Shown here: piece by piece, positions 9,170 to 21,950 of the stretch
Numbering within the stretch: position 1 is the first letter of the stretch
How the letters are laid out: the number at the start of each line of letters is the position of its first letter
Notes under the pieces: model-generated
Databases searched by the model: none
Told to the model about the DNA's origin: nothing
The model's input: the letters and a program-made list of their open reading frames with translations, nothing else
Program-made: the position numbers and the translations under genes
Assembly (NCBI GenBank): GCA_048594975.1
Contig: JBMDXQ010000145.1
Location: 55,284 to 119,283 of the forward strand
Direction of reading: 5' to 3'
Source: Vicinamibacterales bacterium
Lineage (GTDB): Bacteria > Acidobacteriota > Vicinamibacteria > Vicinamibacterales > 2-12-FULL-66-21
Length of the DNA stretch: 64,000 nt

Positions 9170-10159
9170 TTAGCCGAACGCCTCGCGCAGCACCTTGAGG
9201 CTCCTTGGTACGGCCGTCGACGGGTCCTCTTTGCCCTCCATCTCCAGCGACACCCATCCCTTGAAGTTCGCTTTGCGGAGAATGCCGGCGATGCGCGGGT
9301 AGTCGAGATCCAGCGTGTACCACTCGCCGCCGCCGTAATAGGTCTTCGCCTGCACGATGGAGGCGTACGGCGCGAGCTTCTCGATTTCCGGGTACGGGTC
9401 GCCCGGGAAGTTGCCGGTGTCGAGGTTGATGCCGAGCCACGGAGCGTTGATCGTCTTGTAGATCCGCAGCAGGTTCTCCGTCTTCGTCGTCAGGCCCCAG
9501 TGGTTCTCGAGCGCGAGCAGGACGCCGGCCTTCTCCGCGGCCGGCAGGCACGCCTGGATGCCCTCGATGCACCACGTGAACGCGTCCTCGTCCGTGTAGC
9601 CCGTGATCGGGGGCTCGTCGCCTTTGACCTTCATCAGGTCGTCGAACGAGCGGATCGTGTTCCAGCGGCCCGAGTTGAGCCGGATGCTGGGAATGCCCAG
9701 CCGCTCTGCCAGCTCGATGCAGCGGAGGGTGTGCATCACCGCCTGGTCGCGTTCCTCCGCCTTCTCCGAGATGAAGTCCTGGTGGATCGACAGCATCGGC
9801 AGGGCGAGGCCGTTGCGGAACGCCGCCTGTTTCAGCAGGTTGACGTACGCCGGCGACTCGTCGCCCATCTGGCGGTGGAGGATCTCGACGCCGTCGAACC
9901 CGAGCCGCGCCGCATCGTCGATGACTTTCTCCACCGGATAGCGCGGCTCGCGGAAGTGCCAGTAGGAGTACGTCGAGACGGCGATGCGGATCGGTGAGGG
10001 GTTGGGCTGCGCGGTGCCGGCTGACGGCGTCTGCCCGCGAGAGGCGGCCGCGGTGTTTTCGGCAGCCGCAGCGGGTCGGCATGGTGCAAGGGCGACGGCA
10101 CCTGCCGCGGCCCGGAGCGTCCCGAGCGCCGAACGGCGCGTGATCGTTCGTGGAGCCAT
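9170..10159 (-). CDS. Sugar phosphate isomerase/epimerase (xylose-isomerase-like TIM barrel) with TAT signal
   Basis: Internal start [15 protein letters not shown] (twin-Arg) of ORF-track 9170..10852. Body contains GFDGVEI, ALENHWG and LDTGNF motifs. Confidence 0.8.
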   Translation of the reverse strand: MAPRTITRRSALGTLRAAAGAVALAPCRPAAAAENTAAASRGQTPSAGTAQPNPSPIRIAVSTYSYWHFREPRYPVEKVIDDAARLGFDGVEILHRQMGDESPAYVNLLKQAAFRNGLALPMLSIHQDFISEKAEERDQAVMHTLRCIELAERLGIPSIRLNSGRWNTIRSFDDLMKVKGDEPPITGYTDEDAFTWCIEGIQACLPAAEKAGVLLALENHWGLTTKTENLLRIYKTINAPWLGINLDTGNFPGDPYPEIEKLAPYASIVQAKTYYGGGEWYTLDLDYPRIAGILRKANFKGWVSLEMEGKEDPSTAVPRSLKVLREAFG

Positions 10160-10324
10160 GGGTGGCGGAGTATACCGCGAGCCCGTGACGGAAACGCGGC
10201 AGGGGGCGTCGCTGATCCGCAGTGCCTCACGCGGAGCGACGATTTCTCGGGCGATTTCGGCTGCAGAGACTGGATCGGCTCTTGCTCCGGCAGCACCCTG
10301 TTCCCCGGGCAGTGAGCCGTCCTG

Positions 10325-10855
10325 ATGCACGCGAACCGCCGCCCTCATCTGCCTCTCGTCATGCTCTGCCTCCTGCTGTCCGGCGCCGGACCGGCCGCCA
10401 ATGAAGCCAACGAAATGGTGAACGCCGCGGCCGTGATGCCCTCGAGTATCCAGGTCGAGTCGCTGCTGCGGTCTACCACCGCGCGCATGCTCGAGAAGTC
10501 GCCGACGTTCAAGCGGCAGTGCGATCGCATCGGCGCGTCGGGGACGCTGGTCGTCAAGGTCCGCGTAGTTCCCGCGGCCAAGAACAGCTTCACGCGCGCG
10601 ACCACCACGTTCCGCCGCTACTCCTCGGGCCTCACCATCGCCGACGTCGAGATCCCGGCCGCCTCGCCGGTAGTCGAGCTGCTCGCGCACGAGTTCGAGC
10701 ACATCGCGGAGTACGTCGAAGGCGTCAACCTCAAGACGCTCGCCCGCGAGGACCCGGCGGAGGTCTACCAGATGCGCGACGGGTCGTTCGAGACGAACCG
10801 CGCCGTCGAGGCGGGCCGTGCAGCGGCGAGGGAGATGGACCTGCACACCCACTGA
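10325..10855 (+). CDS. Secreted hypothetical protein with HExxH motif
   Basis: 176 aa. Signal-like N-terminus [29 protein letters not shown] contains HEFEH. Confidence 0.55.
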   Translation: MHANRRPHLPLVMLCLLLSGAGPAANEANEMVNAAAVMPSSIQVESLLRSTTARMLEKSPTFKRQCDRIGASGTLVVKVRVVPAAKNSFTRATTTFRRYSSGLTIADVEIPAASPVVELLAHEFEHIAEYVEGVNLKTLAREDPAEVYQMRDGSFETNRAVEAGRAAAREMDLHTH

Positions 10856-11027
10856 CGCCGTCGTGCCGGCGCCGATCGATCGTCCCGGCTGCCGGTCGTC
10901 GCCCGGTCACGCCGATCCCACCTCGGGCCTTTCCCGCCGGACTCCCGCACGCACAGCACAGGCAGGGAACGCGAACCTGCCCGCTACCGCTCGCCGACGG
11001 CGCGCGGATAGTACAATTGCCGCCGCG

Positions 11028-13265
<2,238 letters not shown>

Positions 13266-13308
13266 GGCACACTCGGCGTTCCGCTGTGTTCGGGACAATC
13301 CCGGATCC

Positions 13309-13734
13309 CTAATCCGAGAACGCGGCGATCAAAATCAGGATCGTGCCGAGCGCTGCCGCCGCGCCTGCGGCCGCACCGATCCCGATCGCCTTGCCGACGC
13401 TGTTCGGGGACTCGGGGGTCACGGCGAGCACTTCCGACAGCGGGATCTCCACCGGCAGCTCCGGCACGCGCGTGCGCCGCTGCACCACGATGGCGGTGTC
13501 GCTCGCCTTCATCAGCGTGCCCTTGACCACCTCGCCGGCCGCGCGGTCGACACGGACCTTCGTGCCGGCCGCCAGCCGCTGCACGTATTCCGCCAGGATG
13601 GCCTGGTCCGCGGCCGATCGGGACGGCGCGGCGGCCTGCGCCGGCGTTGCCGCGGCGACGCGGGGCCCCGGAGCGGTCGCGCAGCCGCTGCTGAGCGCGG
13701 TACACAACACCAGCACGATGGCGTGTCTCGTCAT
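13309..13734 (-). CDS. Lipoprotein, hypothetical
   Basis: 141 aa. Lipobox LSSGC after a hydrophobic signal. Gly/Ala-rich hydrophobic C-terminus. Confidence 0.65.
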   Translation of the reverse strand: MTRHAIVLVLCTALSSGCATAPGPRVAAATPAQAAAPSRSAADQAILAEYVQRLAAGTKVRVDRAAGEVVKGTLMKASDTAIVVQRRTRVPELPVEIPLSEVLAVTPESPNSVGKAIGIGAAAGAAAALGTILILIAAFSD

Positions 13735-13757
13735 AGATCCCTCGCAGGAACCAGCGC

Positions 13758-14429
13758 TCAGAAGTCCATCCCGAACCCGAACCGCAGGAGTGCCTCGTCG
13801 ACCCCACCCTTGAAGGTGAGCCGCAGATCGCTGCGGAAGAACGCGCGCTGCGTCATATACGCCTTGAACCCTGCGGCGGCAAACGGCCGGACGATCGACT
13901 CCTGATCGGGTGCGATCGTGCGCGCCGGAAGGACCTCGCGCGGGGTCCGCGTCACCTCGTCCCAGATGATTGTGGGATCCCGCTGCTCACGCGTGGTCTC
14001 CCACGTCAGGTCGATCCCGGCCGCGACGTGCGGGTGGAACCACGCATTGCGGAACGCCTGGTAGTGCTGCGCGAGCGTCAGCCTGCGCGTGTCGAAGAGC
14101 AGCCGTGACGTCGTATAGGTGACCTGCCGGTCGACGACGACCCGGGTCGTCGCATAGATGTCCCCGCCTGTCGTCGCCCCGAAGTCGAGCTCGGTCTTGT
14201 GATGGTCGGTCCAGTACCAGCCGACCCCCAGGCCGCCGTAAAGGCTGCTGTTGTACCAGTCGTTGTAGGACTCCCGGCTGGCGTCGCTCTTGTTGGCGTT
14301 GAACCAGCCGAGCGTGCCGGTCACGTCCCACCGCGCGATCGGAGAGGGCGGAACCGGCGTCTGCGCGTCGACCCGCGTCGAGCCGGCAATCACCAGCAGC
14401 GCAGCACCCAGGACGCGGAGTGCCTTCAT
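13758..14429 (-). CDS. Outer-membrane beta-barrel protein
   Basis: 223 aa. Signal peptide MKALRVLGAALLVIAGSTRVDAQ, alternating aromatic strands, C-terminal ...GFGMDF. Confidence 0.7.
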   Translation of the reverse strand: MKALRVLGAALLVIAGSTRVDAQTPVPPSPIARWDVTGTLGWFNANKSDASRESYNDWYNSSLYGGLGVGWYWTDHHKTELDFGATTGGDIYATTRVVVDRQVTYTTSRLLFDTRRLTLAQHYQAFRNAWFHPHVAAGIDLTWETTREQRDPTIIWDEVTRTPREVLPARTIAPDQESIVRPFAAAGFKAYMTQRAFFRSDLRLTFKGGVDEALLRFGFGMDF

Positions 14430-14493
14430 GCCCCGTATTGCGTGCGGGCACGCAGGATCGGCTCACCGCTTGAGCGGGCGCCCGGCAGCGAGC

Positions 14494-15639
14494 CTACAGC
14501 CCCCGGATCCGCGCGGCCGCCTCCCTGAGCGTCTCGTCCTTTTTCGCGAAGCAGAACCGGACGACGCGCGGCGCCGGCGACCTGTGCAGGAACGGCGACG
14601 TGGGGATGGACGCGACGCCGTGCTCCCGGGTCATCCGCACGCAGAACGCGGAGTCGTCTTCGTCGGAGATGGCCGAGTAGTCCATCAGCTGGAAGTAGCT
14701 GCCGCGGCACGGTAGCGGCCGGAACCGCGACCCCGCCATGAGCTGCAGGAAGAGATCGCGCTTGGCCTGGTAGAACGCCGCCAGCCCGTCCAGGCCGCGC
14801 CGTGTCGCCAGGAAGTCGGCGATGGCGTGCTGGACGGGCGTGTTGGTCGCAAACGTGACGAACTGGTGCACCTTGCGGAACTCCGCGGTCAGCGGCGCAG
14901 GCGCGACCGCGTAGCCCACTTTCCACCCGGTGGTGTGGTAGGTCTTGCCGAACGATCCGACGATGACGCTGCGTACGGCCAGCGCGTCGTGCCGCGCCAT
15001 GCTCTCGTGGCGCGCGCCGTCGAACACGATGTGCTCGTAGACCTCGTCGCTGACGATCAGGATGCCCGTCCCGTCGACGGTGCGCGCGAGCTCTGCGACG
15101 TCCGCTGGCGCGAGCACCGAGCCGGTCGGATTGTGCGGCGAGTTGAGGACGATCAGGCGGGTTCGCGGCGTCACCGCGTGACGGACCGCATCCCAGTCGA
15201 TGGCGTACTCGGGCGGCCCCATCGATACGACTACGGGCACGCCGCCGCTCAGCTCGATCGCCGGTATGTAGGAGTCGTAGCACGGCTCAAGGACGATCGC
15301 CTCGTCGCCGGGTCGGACCGACGCAGCGATCGCATCGAAGAGCGCCTCGGTGGCGCCCGAGGTGACGGTGACCTCGGCGTCCGGATCGTAGCGGCGGCCG
15401 TAATAGTGCTCGAATTTGGCGGCGATCGCCTCGCGCAGCGGCAGGACGCCCTGCATCGGCGCGTACTGGTTGCGGCCGGCGCGCATGTGCCGGGCCACCG
15501 TCTCGACGAGGTCCGGGTCGCAGTCGAAGTCGGGAAAGCCCTGCGACAGGTTGATCGCGCCGAGCTCCGCCGCCATTCGCGACATCACCGTGAAGATCGT
15601 CGTCCCGACCGACGGCAGCTTGGAATCAATGTGAATCAT
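14494..15639 (-). CDS. PLP-dependent aminotransferase (methionine aminotransferase/YbdL-like, class I)
   Basis: 381 aa. INLSQGFPDF near the N-terminus, NSPHNPTG, SFGKTYHTTGWKVGY (PLP-Lys motif). Confidence 0.85.
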   Translation of the reverse strand: MIHIDSKLPSVGTTIFTVMSRMAAELGAINLSQGFPDFDCDPDLVETVARHMRAGRNQYAPMQGVLPLREAIAAKFEHYYGRRYDPDAEVTVTSGATEALFDAIAASVRPGDEAIVLEPCYDSYIPAIELSGGVPVVVSMGPPEYAIDWDAVRHAVTPRTRLIVLNSPHNPTGSVLAPADVAELARTVDGTGILIVSDEVYEHIVFDGARHESMARHDALAVRSVIVGSFGKTYHTTGWKVGYAVAPAPLTAEFRKVHQFVTFATNTPVQHAIADFLATRRGLDGLAAFYQAKRDLFLQLMAGSRFRPLPCRGSYFQLMDYSAISDEDDSAFCVRMTREHGVASIPTSPFLHRSPAPRVVRFCFAKKDETLREAAARIRGL

Positions 15640-16144
15640 GGTGATCGACCGCTCGGGCCGATTCCTCGAATACCCCCGTGACCGTGTTCTTCCGCACCGC
15701 GTGCCAGGGGAAGTGCTTTCCGTTCATCGCGATGTAGACGCCGGGCGGAAGGACCTGGACGAACGAGAGCGCGCTTCCGAGGTTGAACAGGCCGTCCGAG
15801 CTGCCGAACGCGTACGGCACCATGGCGCCGGTGAGCACGATCGTCTTGCCTGCCAGCGCGGCGGTGGCCAGCGCGCGGGCGGTTTCGACCATCGTGTCGG
15901 TGCCGTGGGTGACGACGATGGCCGGCTCGCCGGCGGCGCGGCACCGCTGGACGATCCGCTGCCGTCCCTCGTCGTTCAGGTCCAGGCTGTCCACCATCAT
16001 CGCGGTCTCGATGGTGACGTCGAGGCGGCATCGGCCGCGGCGCAGCATCTCGTCGACGTGGGACTGCCGGAAAAAGAGGCGGCCGTTGAGCTCGTCGTAC
16101 TCCTTGTCGAAGGTGCCGCCGGTCACGATGATCCGGATCGCCAT
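15626..16144 (-). CDS. Short asparaginase-family protein (N-terminal catalytic domain only)
   Basis: Internal start MAIRIIVTGGTFDKEY of ORF-track 15626..16909. Contains TGGT and HGTDTM motifs. The 3' end overlaps the aminotransferase start by 14 nt. Confidence 0.75.
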   Translation of the reverse strand: MAIRIIVTGGTFDKEYDELNGRLFFRQSHVDEMLRRGRCRLDVTIETAMMVDSLDLNDEGRQRIVQRCRAAGEPAIVVTHGTDTMVETARALATAALAGKTIVLTGAMVPYAFGSSDGLFNLGSALSFVQVLPPGVYIAMNGKHFPWHAVRKNTVTGVFEESARAVDHHDSH

Positions 16145-16308
16145 GGCTGACAATTCTGTTGCCGTGCCGCCGATTCTGTGCGGCCCCCATTCTAGTGCCG
16201 CCGCCAGGCGCCTCCTCGAAAACGGCCTAAGTGGCCGCCGCGGCGCGGGTTGCCGGCCGCGTCGGTCGGCGGGCACCGCCATTGCCTGACGGCTCGCAGG
16301 AGGTACCC

Positions 16309-16398
16309 ATGGTATTGGTGGCGGTGACCGTTGTGTTCGCGGTCGTGGCGTTCGTGTTCGTTCAGCGTCGGCGCGCGCGGAAGAAGGCGACGGCCTAG
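16309..16398 (+). CDS. Small membrane protein (29 aa), not in ORF track
   Basis: GGAGG lies 7 nt upstream of the ATG. Translation is MVLVAVTVVFAVVAFVFVQRRRARKKATA: one TM helix plus a basic tail. GC-rich third codon positions. Confidence 0.5.
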   Translation: MVLVAVTVVFAVVAFVFVQRRRARKKATA

Positions 16399-16445
16399 GC
16401 CCGAGTTCGCCGGGAGCCGACGCTGGCGCCCGGCGCGGCGCACGC

Positions 16446-19046
16446 TCAGCGTGTGCCGGCGGCGCGGAACAGATCGTCTGCCGACGACAGCACCACGCGC
16501 CGCAGCCGGTCTGGATAGTCCTGCGGAAGCGAGGCGACGAAGCCGGAGACCATCCGGCTGGCCGCAGCGGAGCTGTGGCCGGACAGCGTCGCGTCCATCC
16601 ATCGCTTCGGAAAGAAGATGTCGCCGGTGCGTTGAATCTCCCGCAGCAGCGCGAGGCTCGGCGGAATGTACTGCTCCGCCGAGGCCGCGCGCAGGGGGTG
16701 ATGCAGGTACCCGACCGCTTCGAGCACCCACGGCTCGCGGCGGCGGTTCGCGGCGTCCTCGAGGCCCTCGAAGAAGGCCTCGCGGATCGCCGGGTCGGCT
16801 GACAGCGCCGGGCGCACGAAGGCGAACCGCGCCTTCCGGTCCGGGTTCTGAATCCGCTCCTGCTGCCGCTCGAGGATGGCGGCCCACGCCGGCACCTCGC
16901 GCACGGCAAGCTCCTGCGCCAGCGTGATGAAATCGGGCTCGGCCAGCTCGAGGCCGGGAACGGCTTCCTCCTTTCCCCACACGCGCTCCAGCCACTGCAG
17001 CGTCGCAGGCGTGATCGCCGTATCCCGCAGCGCCGAGAACCACGCCGACTTCCGGCTCTGGGCCGGCGCCGCGTCGAGGCCGGCGCGAAGCGTTCGTTCC
17101 AGCGAACCCGCCACGGCGGCGCGCTCGACCGGCGACAGCCACCGCCAGAAGGCCTGCTGCGTGTAGCCCAGCATACGCTGCAGGTTGAGATCGTCGGTCT
17201 CGCGCGGGAGCGTGTCCAGCAGGAGGTCGAACATCCGGCGCGGTTGCACCCGGCCGTCGAGCATCTCCTCCCACAGGGTGATCAAGGCGGCGCCGCGCGC
17301 GAGCCCGTCCAGCCCCGGGAGGTGTTCCAGGAGGTACGCGCGGCTGCGCGAATCGAGGACAAAATTCCCGTACGCGATCCCGCGGGAGTTGGGCAGCACG
17401 AACAACAGGGTCGACGTGTTCTCAGCGTGCACGACCGGGGCGCGCGTGGCTGAAAGCGGGACGGTGTACTGGACCTGTTTGCGGGTCGGAAGATCCGTTC
17501 CGCCCTGCGCCGTCGCCACCAGCGCGTCCACCTTCTGCGCCCAGAGGAGCCCGCGAGCCCCGACCGGGTCGCGTTGCGCGAACGCGACGTGGAGCCCGTT
17601 GCCGGTTTCCGCGACTTCCGTCGTGATGGTCGGCCGGCCGCGTTCCTCCACCCAGGCGTGACTCCAGGCCTTCAGATCCTCGGGCGTCCGCTCGTCCAGC
17701 AGGGCGATGAGGTCGGGCCAGGACGCGTTGCCGAACGCATGATCGCGCAGGTACATACGCAGGCCGTCGCGCAGCGTCTCGGCGCCGAGCATCAGCTCGA
17801 GGTGGCGCATGACGATCGGCGCTTTCTGATAGATGATCGAGCCGTACAGGCTCCCGGCTTCGTTCAGGTTGTCGAGCCGCTGGCGGATCGCGTTGCTCCC
17901 GTCGGTGCGGTCGACGTCGTAGGCCGCCGGGTAGTGCGCCAGCAGGAACCGGAGGTCGTGATTGATCTCCGGAAAGGATGGGTTGACGATCTTCGCCGCC
18001 AGGAAGCTGGCGAAGACCTCCTTCATCCACACGTCGTCGAACCACCTCATCGTCACCAGGTCGCCGAACCACATGTGCGACGTCTCGTGGGCGATCAGGC
18101 TGGCGCGTCCGAGCTTCTGGTTCACGGTGGCGGACGGGTCGAGCAGCAGCGCCGGAGCGTTGTAGAAGATCGCGCCGGCGTGCTCCATGCCGCCGAACTG
18201 GAACGCGGGGACGAGCAGGAAATCGAACTTCGCCCACGGGTACGGGATCGACGTGTAGTCCTCGAGCCAGGCGAGCGCGACGGCGTGCAGGTCGAAGATC
18301 GCGTCGCGGTTGCGCGCGACCTTCTCTTTGTCGGTCTCGCGGTGGAACATGCGGAAGCGGCGTCCTCCGCGCTCCGCGGCCTCGACGTGGAACCGCCCGG
18401 CAGCGAACGAAAAGAGATACGTCGGCAGCGGCGGCGTTTCCGCGAACTCGACCTGCAGACGCTGCCCCTCGCTCCGGCGCGACGTCTCGGCGGCGTTCGA
18501 CAGCGCCTCCCAGCTGCCCGGAATGCTCAGCATCAGCCGGAACCTGGACTTCAGATCCGGCTGGTCGAAGCAGGGAAACGCGAGACGCGCCCGCGCCGGT
18601 ACGAAGAGCGCGTACATGAACTCGGGATTACGGTTCAGCGCGGCGTCACCGGCCGTGAATGCGACCTCGATCGCGTTGTCGCCGGGACGAAAGGCGGCGG
18701 CGGGCACCAGGATGTGCTCGTTCGCCGCGACGAACTCGATCGGCTTTCCGCCGGCGCTGACCGACAGGCCCGATGTCGGTCCGGCGAAATCCAGAATCAG
18801 CGGCCGCGCCGTGTCCGCGATGCTGAACCGGATCGCCGCCCGGCCCCTGACCGGCTCGGAGAGTACGGACGGAATCGTGAACTCGAGATCGTAGCGGACG
18901 TTCTTCAGCCGTGCCGCGCGCTCCTGCGCCAGCGAGAGCGGCACGCCGCGCGCCGGCGCAGCGTCGGCGCCGCGCCGCTGGACGGCAGCGCCCAGCGCGG
19001 CCGCCGCCGTACAGACGAGAAGCAGCCGGAACATGCTGCCGATCAT
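16446..19046 (-). CDS. M1-family zinc aminopeptidase
   Basis: Internal start MIGSMFRLLL (GAGGGAG Shine-Dalgarno just upstream) of ORF-track 16446..19190. GGMEH (GxMEN-like) and HETSH-x18-E gluzincin motifs. Confidence 0.85.
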   Translation of the reverse strand: MIGSMFRLLLVCTAAAALGAAVQRRGADAAPARGVPLSLAQERAARLKNVRYDLEFTIPSVLSEPVRGRAAIRFSIADTARPLILDFAGPTSGLSVSAGGKPIEFVAANEHILVPAAAFRPGDNAIEVAFTAGDAALNRNPEFMYALFVPARARLAFPCFDQPDLKSRFRLMLSIPGSWEALSNAAETSRRSEGQRLQVEFAETPPLPTYLFSFAAGRFHVEAAERGGRRFRMFHRETDKEKVARNRDAIFDLHAVALAWLEDYTSIPYPWAKFDFLLVPAFQFGGMEHAGAIFYNAPALLLDPSATVNQKLGRASLIAHETSHMWFGDLVTMRWFDDVWMKEVFASFLAAKIVNPSFPEINHDLRFLLAHYPAAYDVDRTDGSNAIRQRLDNLNEAGSLYGSIIYQKAPIVMRHLELMLGAETLRDGLRMYLRDHAFGNASWPDLIALLDERTPEDLKAWSHAWVEERGRPTITTEVAETGNGLHVAFAQRDPVGARGLLWAQKVDALVATAQGGTDLPTRKQVQYTVPLSATRAPVVHAENTSTLLFVLPNSRGIAYGNFVLDSRSRAYLLEHLPGLDGLARGAALITLWEEMLDGRVQPRRMFDLLLDTLPRETDDLNLQRMLGYTQQAFWRWLSPVERAAVAGSLERTLRAGLDAAPAQSRKSAWFSALRDTAITPATLQWLERVWGKEEAVPGLELAEPDFITLAQELAVREVPAWAAILERQQERIQNPDRKARFAFVRPALSADPAIREAFFEGLEDAANRRREPWVLEAVGYLHHPLRAASAEQYIPPSLALLREIQRTGDIFFPKRWMDATLSGHSSAAASRMVSGFVASLPQDYPDRLRRVVLSSADDLFRAAGTR

Positions 19047-19074
19047 ATGCGCTCCCTCGTGCCCGTGACCGCGA

Positions 19075-20241
19075 TCAAGCGGTTCGGCGCGTGCGAAGCA
19101 CCACCAGCGCCGCGACCACCACGAAGAAGCAGATGGTGATGACCGAGAGCTGCATGAACTGCCGGTAGAGCGAGCGCCCCAGCAGGTCATAGAGGCTCAA
19201 GCCGATGATGAGGACGGCGGCAGCGGCAAGGTAGCGGACGACGCGGGGCAAAGCCGCTTCGTAGTTGGCGAGCAGGACGATCGCCGGGGTCGCGACGAGC
19301 AAGACGTAGTCCCATCCCTGCGGCGAGAGGAGCGGCACGAGCGTCAGGAGCAGTGCGCCCTCGAGCACGTGCGGCGCCGGCAGCCCGCCACGGCGCACGA
19401 AGACGTAGCCGGCGGCGGCGAGCAGCGCCGCGACGGTTGCGACCACGAGCGGCCTCACCGCCGGGCTCTCGCCGCACCACTTCGCGAACATCCCCGCGAC
19501 CGAGACGTTGTCCTGGTTGGTGAGGTTCGGCGCCGTCGAACCGGTTACCGTGTGCCACCAGTTCAGGTGCAGCGCGATGCTCCCGGGCAGGCCGTAGACG
19601 ACCGCGGGAAGCGCGGCGATGACCAGCGCGCCGGCGGCAAAGCCGGCGAGGGCGCCGATGCGCCGCCGTGCGATGAGCCAGGGTGCAAACAGCAGGGCGT
19701 ACGGCTTGATCACCGCCGCGAGCGCCAGCAGCAACCCGGCAACGTCTTCACGCCCGGCGCTCATCGCGCGAATCCCGAGAAGCACCACGACGCCAAACAG
19801 CAGGTTCACCTGCCCGAGGACCAGCTCGTGGCCGTAGAACTTGCCCATGGCCACGACGGCGATAACCGCGAGGAACCAGGCCGGCTTCCTTCGATCCGGC
19901 AGGACGGCCAGGCTCAGCGCCACGAGCGCGACGACGAGCAGGGCGGAGGTGCGGAACCACACCTGCTTCGCGGTCGCGAGCGGCACCATGCCCGCCGGGG
20001 TCGCGAGCACCGCAAAGGCCGGCAGGTACTTGAACTGGTAGTGCCCGTCATCGGCGCGATAGAGCGGGGCGGCCTCGCGTGCACGTACCGCCGCCCGCCA
20101 GTACACCTCGAAGTCGGCCATCCGGCCGGCGGGAACGACGAGCAGCAGCGCCGAGAGGAGTGCGGCGATGACGAGGGAGGTGGCGGGTCGTCGCGTCGGG
20201 CCGACCGGGTGCTGCGCACCCGGAATGATGGGCCGATTCAC
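19075..20241 (-). CDS. Polytopic membrane glycosyltransferase, GT87/DUF2029-like
   Basis: 388 aa with more than 9 hydrophobic segments. N-terminal DFEVYWRAA...PLY......YQFKYLP resembles the DUF2029/mannosyltransferase family. Confidence 0.6.
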   Translation of the reverse strand: MNRPIIPGAQHPVGPTRRPATSLVIAALLSALLLVVPAGRMADFEVYWRAAVRAREAAPLYRADDGHYQFKYLPAFAVLATPAGMVPLATAKQVWFRTSALLVVALVALSLAVLPDRRKPAWFLAVIAVVAMGKFYGHELVLGQVNLLFGVVVLLGIRAMSAGREDVAGLLLALAAVIKPYALLFAPWLIARRRIGALAGFAAGALVIAALPAVVYGLPGSIALHLNWWHTVTGSTAPNLTNQDNVSVAGMFAKWCGESPAVRPLVVATVAALLAAAGYVFVRRGGLPAPHVLEGALLLTLVPLLSPQGWDYVLLVATPAIVLLANYEAALPRVVRYLAAAAVLIIGLSLYDLLGRSLYRQFMQLSVITICFFVVVAALVVLRTRRTA

Positions 20242-20306
20242 CGGTCAGGACGTTGACAGACCGCTGGACGAGGCCTCGGCAGTTGCGCGTAGCCCCGCCG
20301 TGTTCT

Positions 20307-21950
20307 TCATCGTCCTCCCGGGATGCGATCGAGGCCCACCAGCGTCCACCCCGCAGCGCCCCGGCGGAAGTACACCGTGATGGGATCCGCCCACGCGGTG
20401 TGCTGCGCATGGTACGCGCGAATGCGGGCGCTGACGAACTCCGCGCCGAGGACGTCGGCCGGCGCCTGCGCGCGCGGCTCGGTGACGGTCTGTTCGCTGC
20501 CGACCGGGTGGTGCGCGTTTGACGCGTTGTCGAACCGTGACCACTCGATGGTGTATTTCTCGGCCGGCGCGGCGATGCCGGCCGACACGGCAGCGTTCTC
20601 GAACGTCAGCTGGCCCGACCCGTCCAGAGCGGGACGGACGATCGGGCTCGTGCCGTTCAGCCACGTGTTGAGCACCTTGCGTCGGCGTACCAGCAGCGTG
20701 TCCACCAGGTAATCGGTGGCGCGCTGGTCGGTGTACTTCGCGGCGCCCACCACCGCCCGCACCGCCTCCTCCGGGACGGCGGCGACGATGCGGGCCGCCC
20801 AGAAGCGGTCGTCGGCCCCAGCCAGGCGGAACGCGGGGTTGGCGTAGTCCGGCTTCCACAGGGCCGGATCGAAGTACGACGATTCGAAACGGCCGACCGC
20901 TGCCAGGTCGGGGTAGGGGACCTTGATCCACGGCCGCACGTACAGGCCGAGCGTCAACATCGTGATCAGCGTGGGCCGCGCCTCCCATACGAACTCGTTG
21001 CCGGCGCGCCGGCTCTGCGCCTGCACGCTGCCGCTGCCGAGCGTGGAGCCGAAGTCGAGCAGGTGGTGGCGGACGATCGCCCGCCCGTCCGCGCGGATGA
21101 GCGTGTCGAGCGTGTTGGAGCTCCGCACTTCGTCGTGGTTCAACCAGGCAGAGAACACGAGCAGGCCGCGCAGCTCGCGGCGGTGCTCGTGCGGGAAGAT
21201 GTCGTTGGGATCGTCGGGCCGGGTCCCGTGGTACCGGAACGGCCCCAGCGGCTCGCCCGGGAGGTTGCGGCTGGCCAGCACCCGGTACGATCCGTCGGGT
21301 CCCCGCGCCGCTTTCTCGAGCACCGCGTCGACGTGCCGCCACTGCAACGGCTCGTCCTTCCCGTCCTCGTCCTTCGCCGTTGCGCCCGCCCCGATCGAAA
21401 GCTGCTCGCGGCGGAATGATGCCAAGTAGTTTTCCGGCACGTGATAGCCGAAGGCGTGGAACAGCTTCGTCGCGATGACCTCCGCGCCGCTCGCCATCTC
21501 GGGGTTGCTCCGGGGGTCGAACTTGATCCAGTAGATCTCCCGCGATTCGTCGCGCATCGTGAAGCCGGGCGTCACGCCCTCGCTCTTGATGCTGATGATC
21601 TCCCAGCGCCCCGTCGGGCCGGTCCCGCGGTCGGGGCCGCGCACGATTTCGTCGATCGACATCGGCCGCGCGCCGACGCGGTTCGTGAACCAGCTCGAAT
21701 CGGGAACTTCGTCCACGGTGTTGATGTTGACGGCGCGGCGGGGCTCCTTGTCGCCCGCGTCGCGGAACGAGCTTTCCAGGAGATCGTAGGTGCCGCTGAC
21801 GCGCGTCCGGTCCACGCCGGAAGCGTCCTGGGTCTCGGGATCGCGCGCGATCGGGTCGTCGGGGTAGAAGCGGGGCGTCGCAGCGCGACCCGGCGCGGTG
21901 AGACACCACAGGGCGGCAAGGGCGGGGACCAGACAGGCGCAGCGGCGCAT
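20307..21950 (-). CDS. Secreted hypothetical protein with atypical kinase-like motifs
   Basis: Internal start MRRCACLVPALAALWCLTAPGRA (signal peptide) of ORF-track 20307..22163. Contains WLNHDEVRSSNTLD...HLLDFGSTLG. The start overlaps the stop of the upstream Omp85 gene (TGATG). Confidence 0.6.
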   Translation of the reverse strand: MRRCACLVPALAALWCLTAPGRAATPRFYPDDPIARDPETQDASGVDRTRVSGTYDLLESSFRDAGDKEPRRAVNINTVDEVPDSSWFTNRVGARPMSIDEIVRGPDRGTGPTGRWEIISIKSEGVTPGFTMRDESREIYWIKFDPRSNPEMASGAEVIATKLFHAFGYHVPENYLASFRREQLSIGAGATAKDEDGKDEPLQWRHVDAVLEKAARGPDGSYRVLASRNLPGEPLGPFRYHGTRPDDPNDIFPHEHRRELRGLLVFSAWLNHDEVRSSNTLDTLIRADGRAIVRHHLLDFGSTLGSGSVQAQSRRAGNEFVWEARPTLITMLTLGLYVRPWIKVPYPDLAAVGRFESSYFDPALWKPDYANPAFRLAGADDRFWAARIVAAVPEEAVRAVVGAAKYTDQRATDYLVDTLLVRRRKVLNTWLNGTSPIVRPALDGSGQLTFENAAVSAGIAAPAEKYTIEWSRFDNASNAHHPVGSEQTVTEPRAQAPADVLGAEFVSARIRAYHAQHTAWADPITVYFRRGAAGWTLVGLDRIPGGR

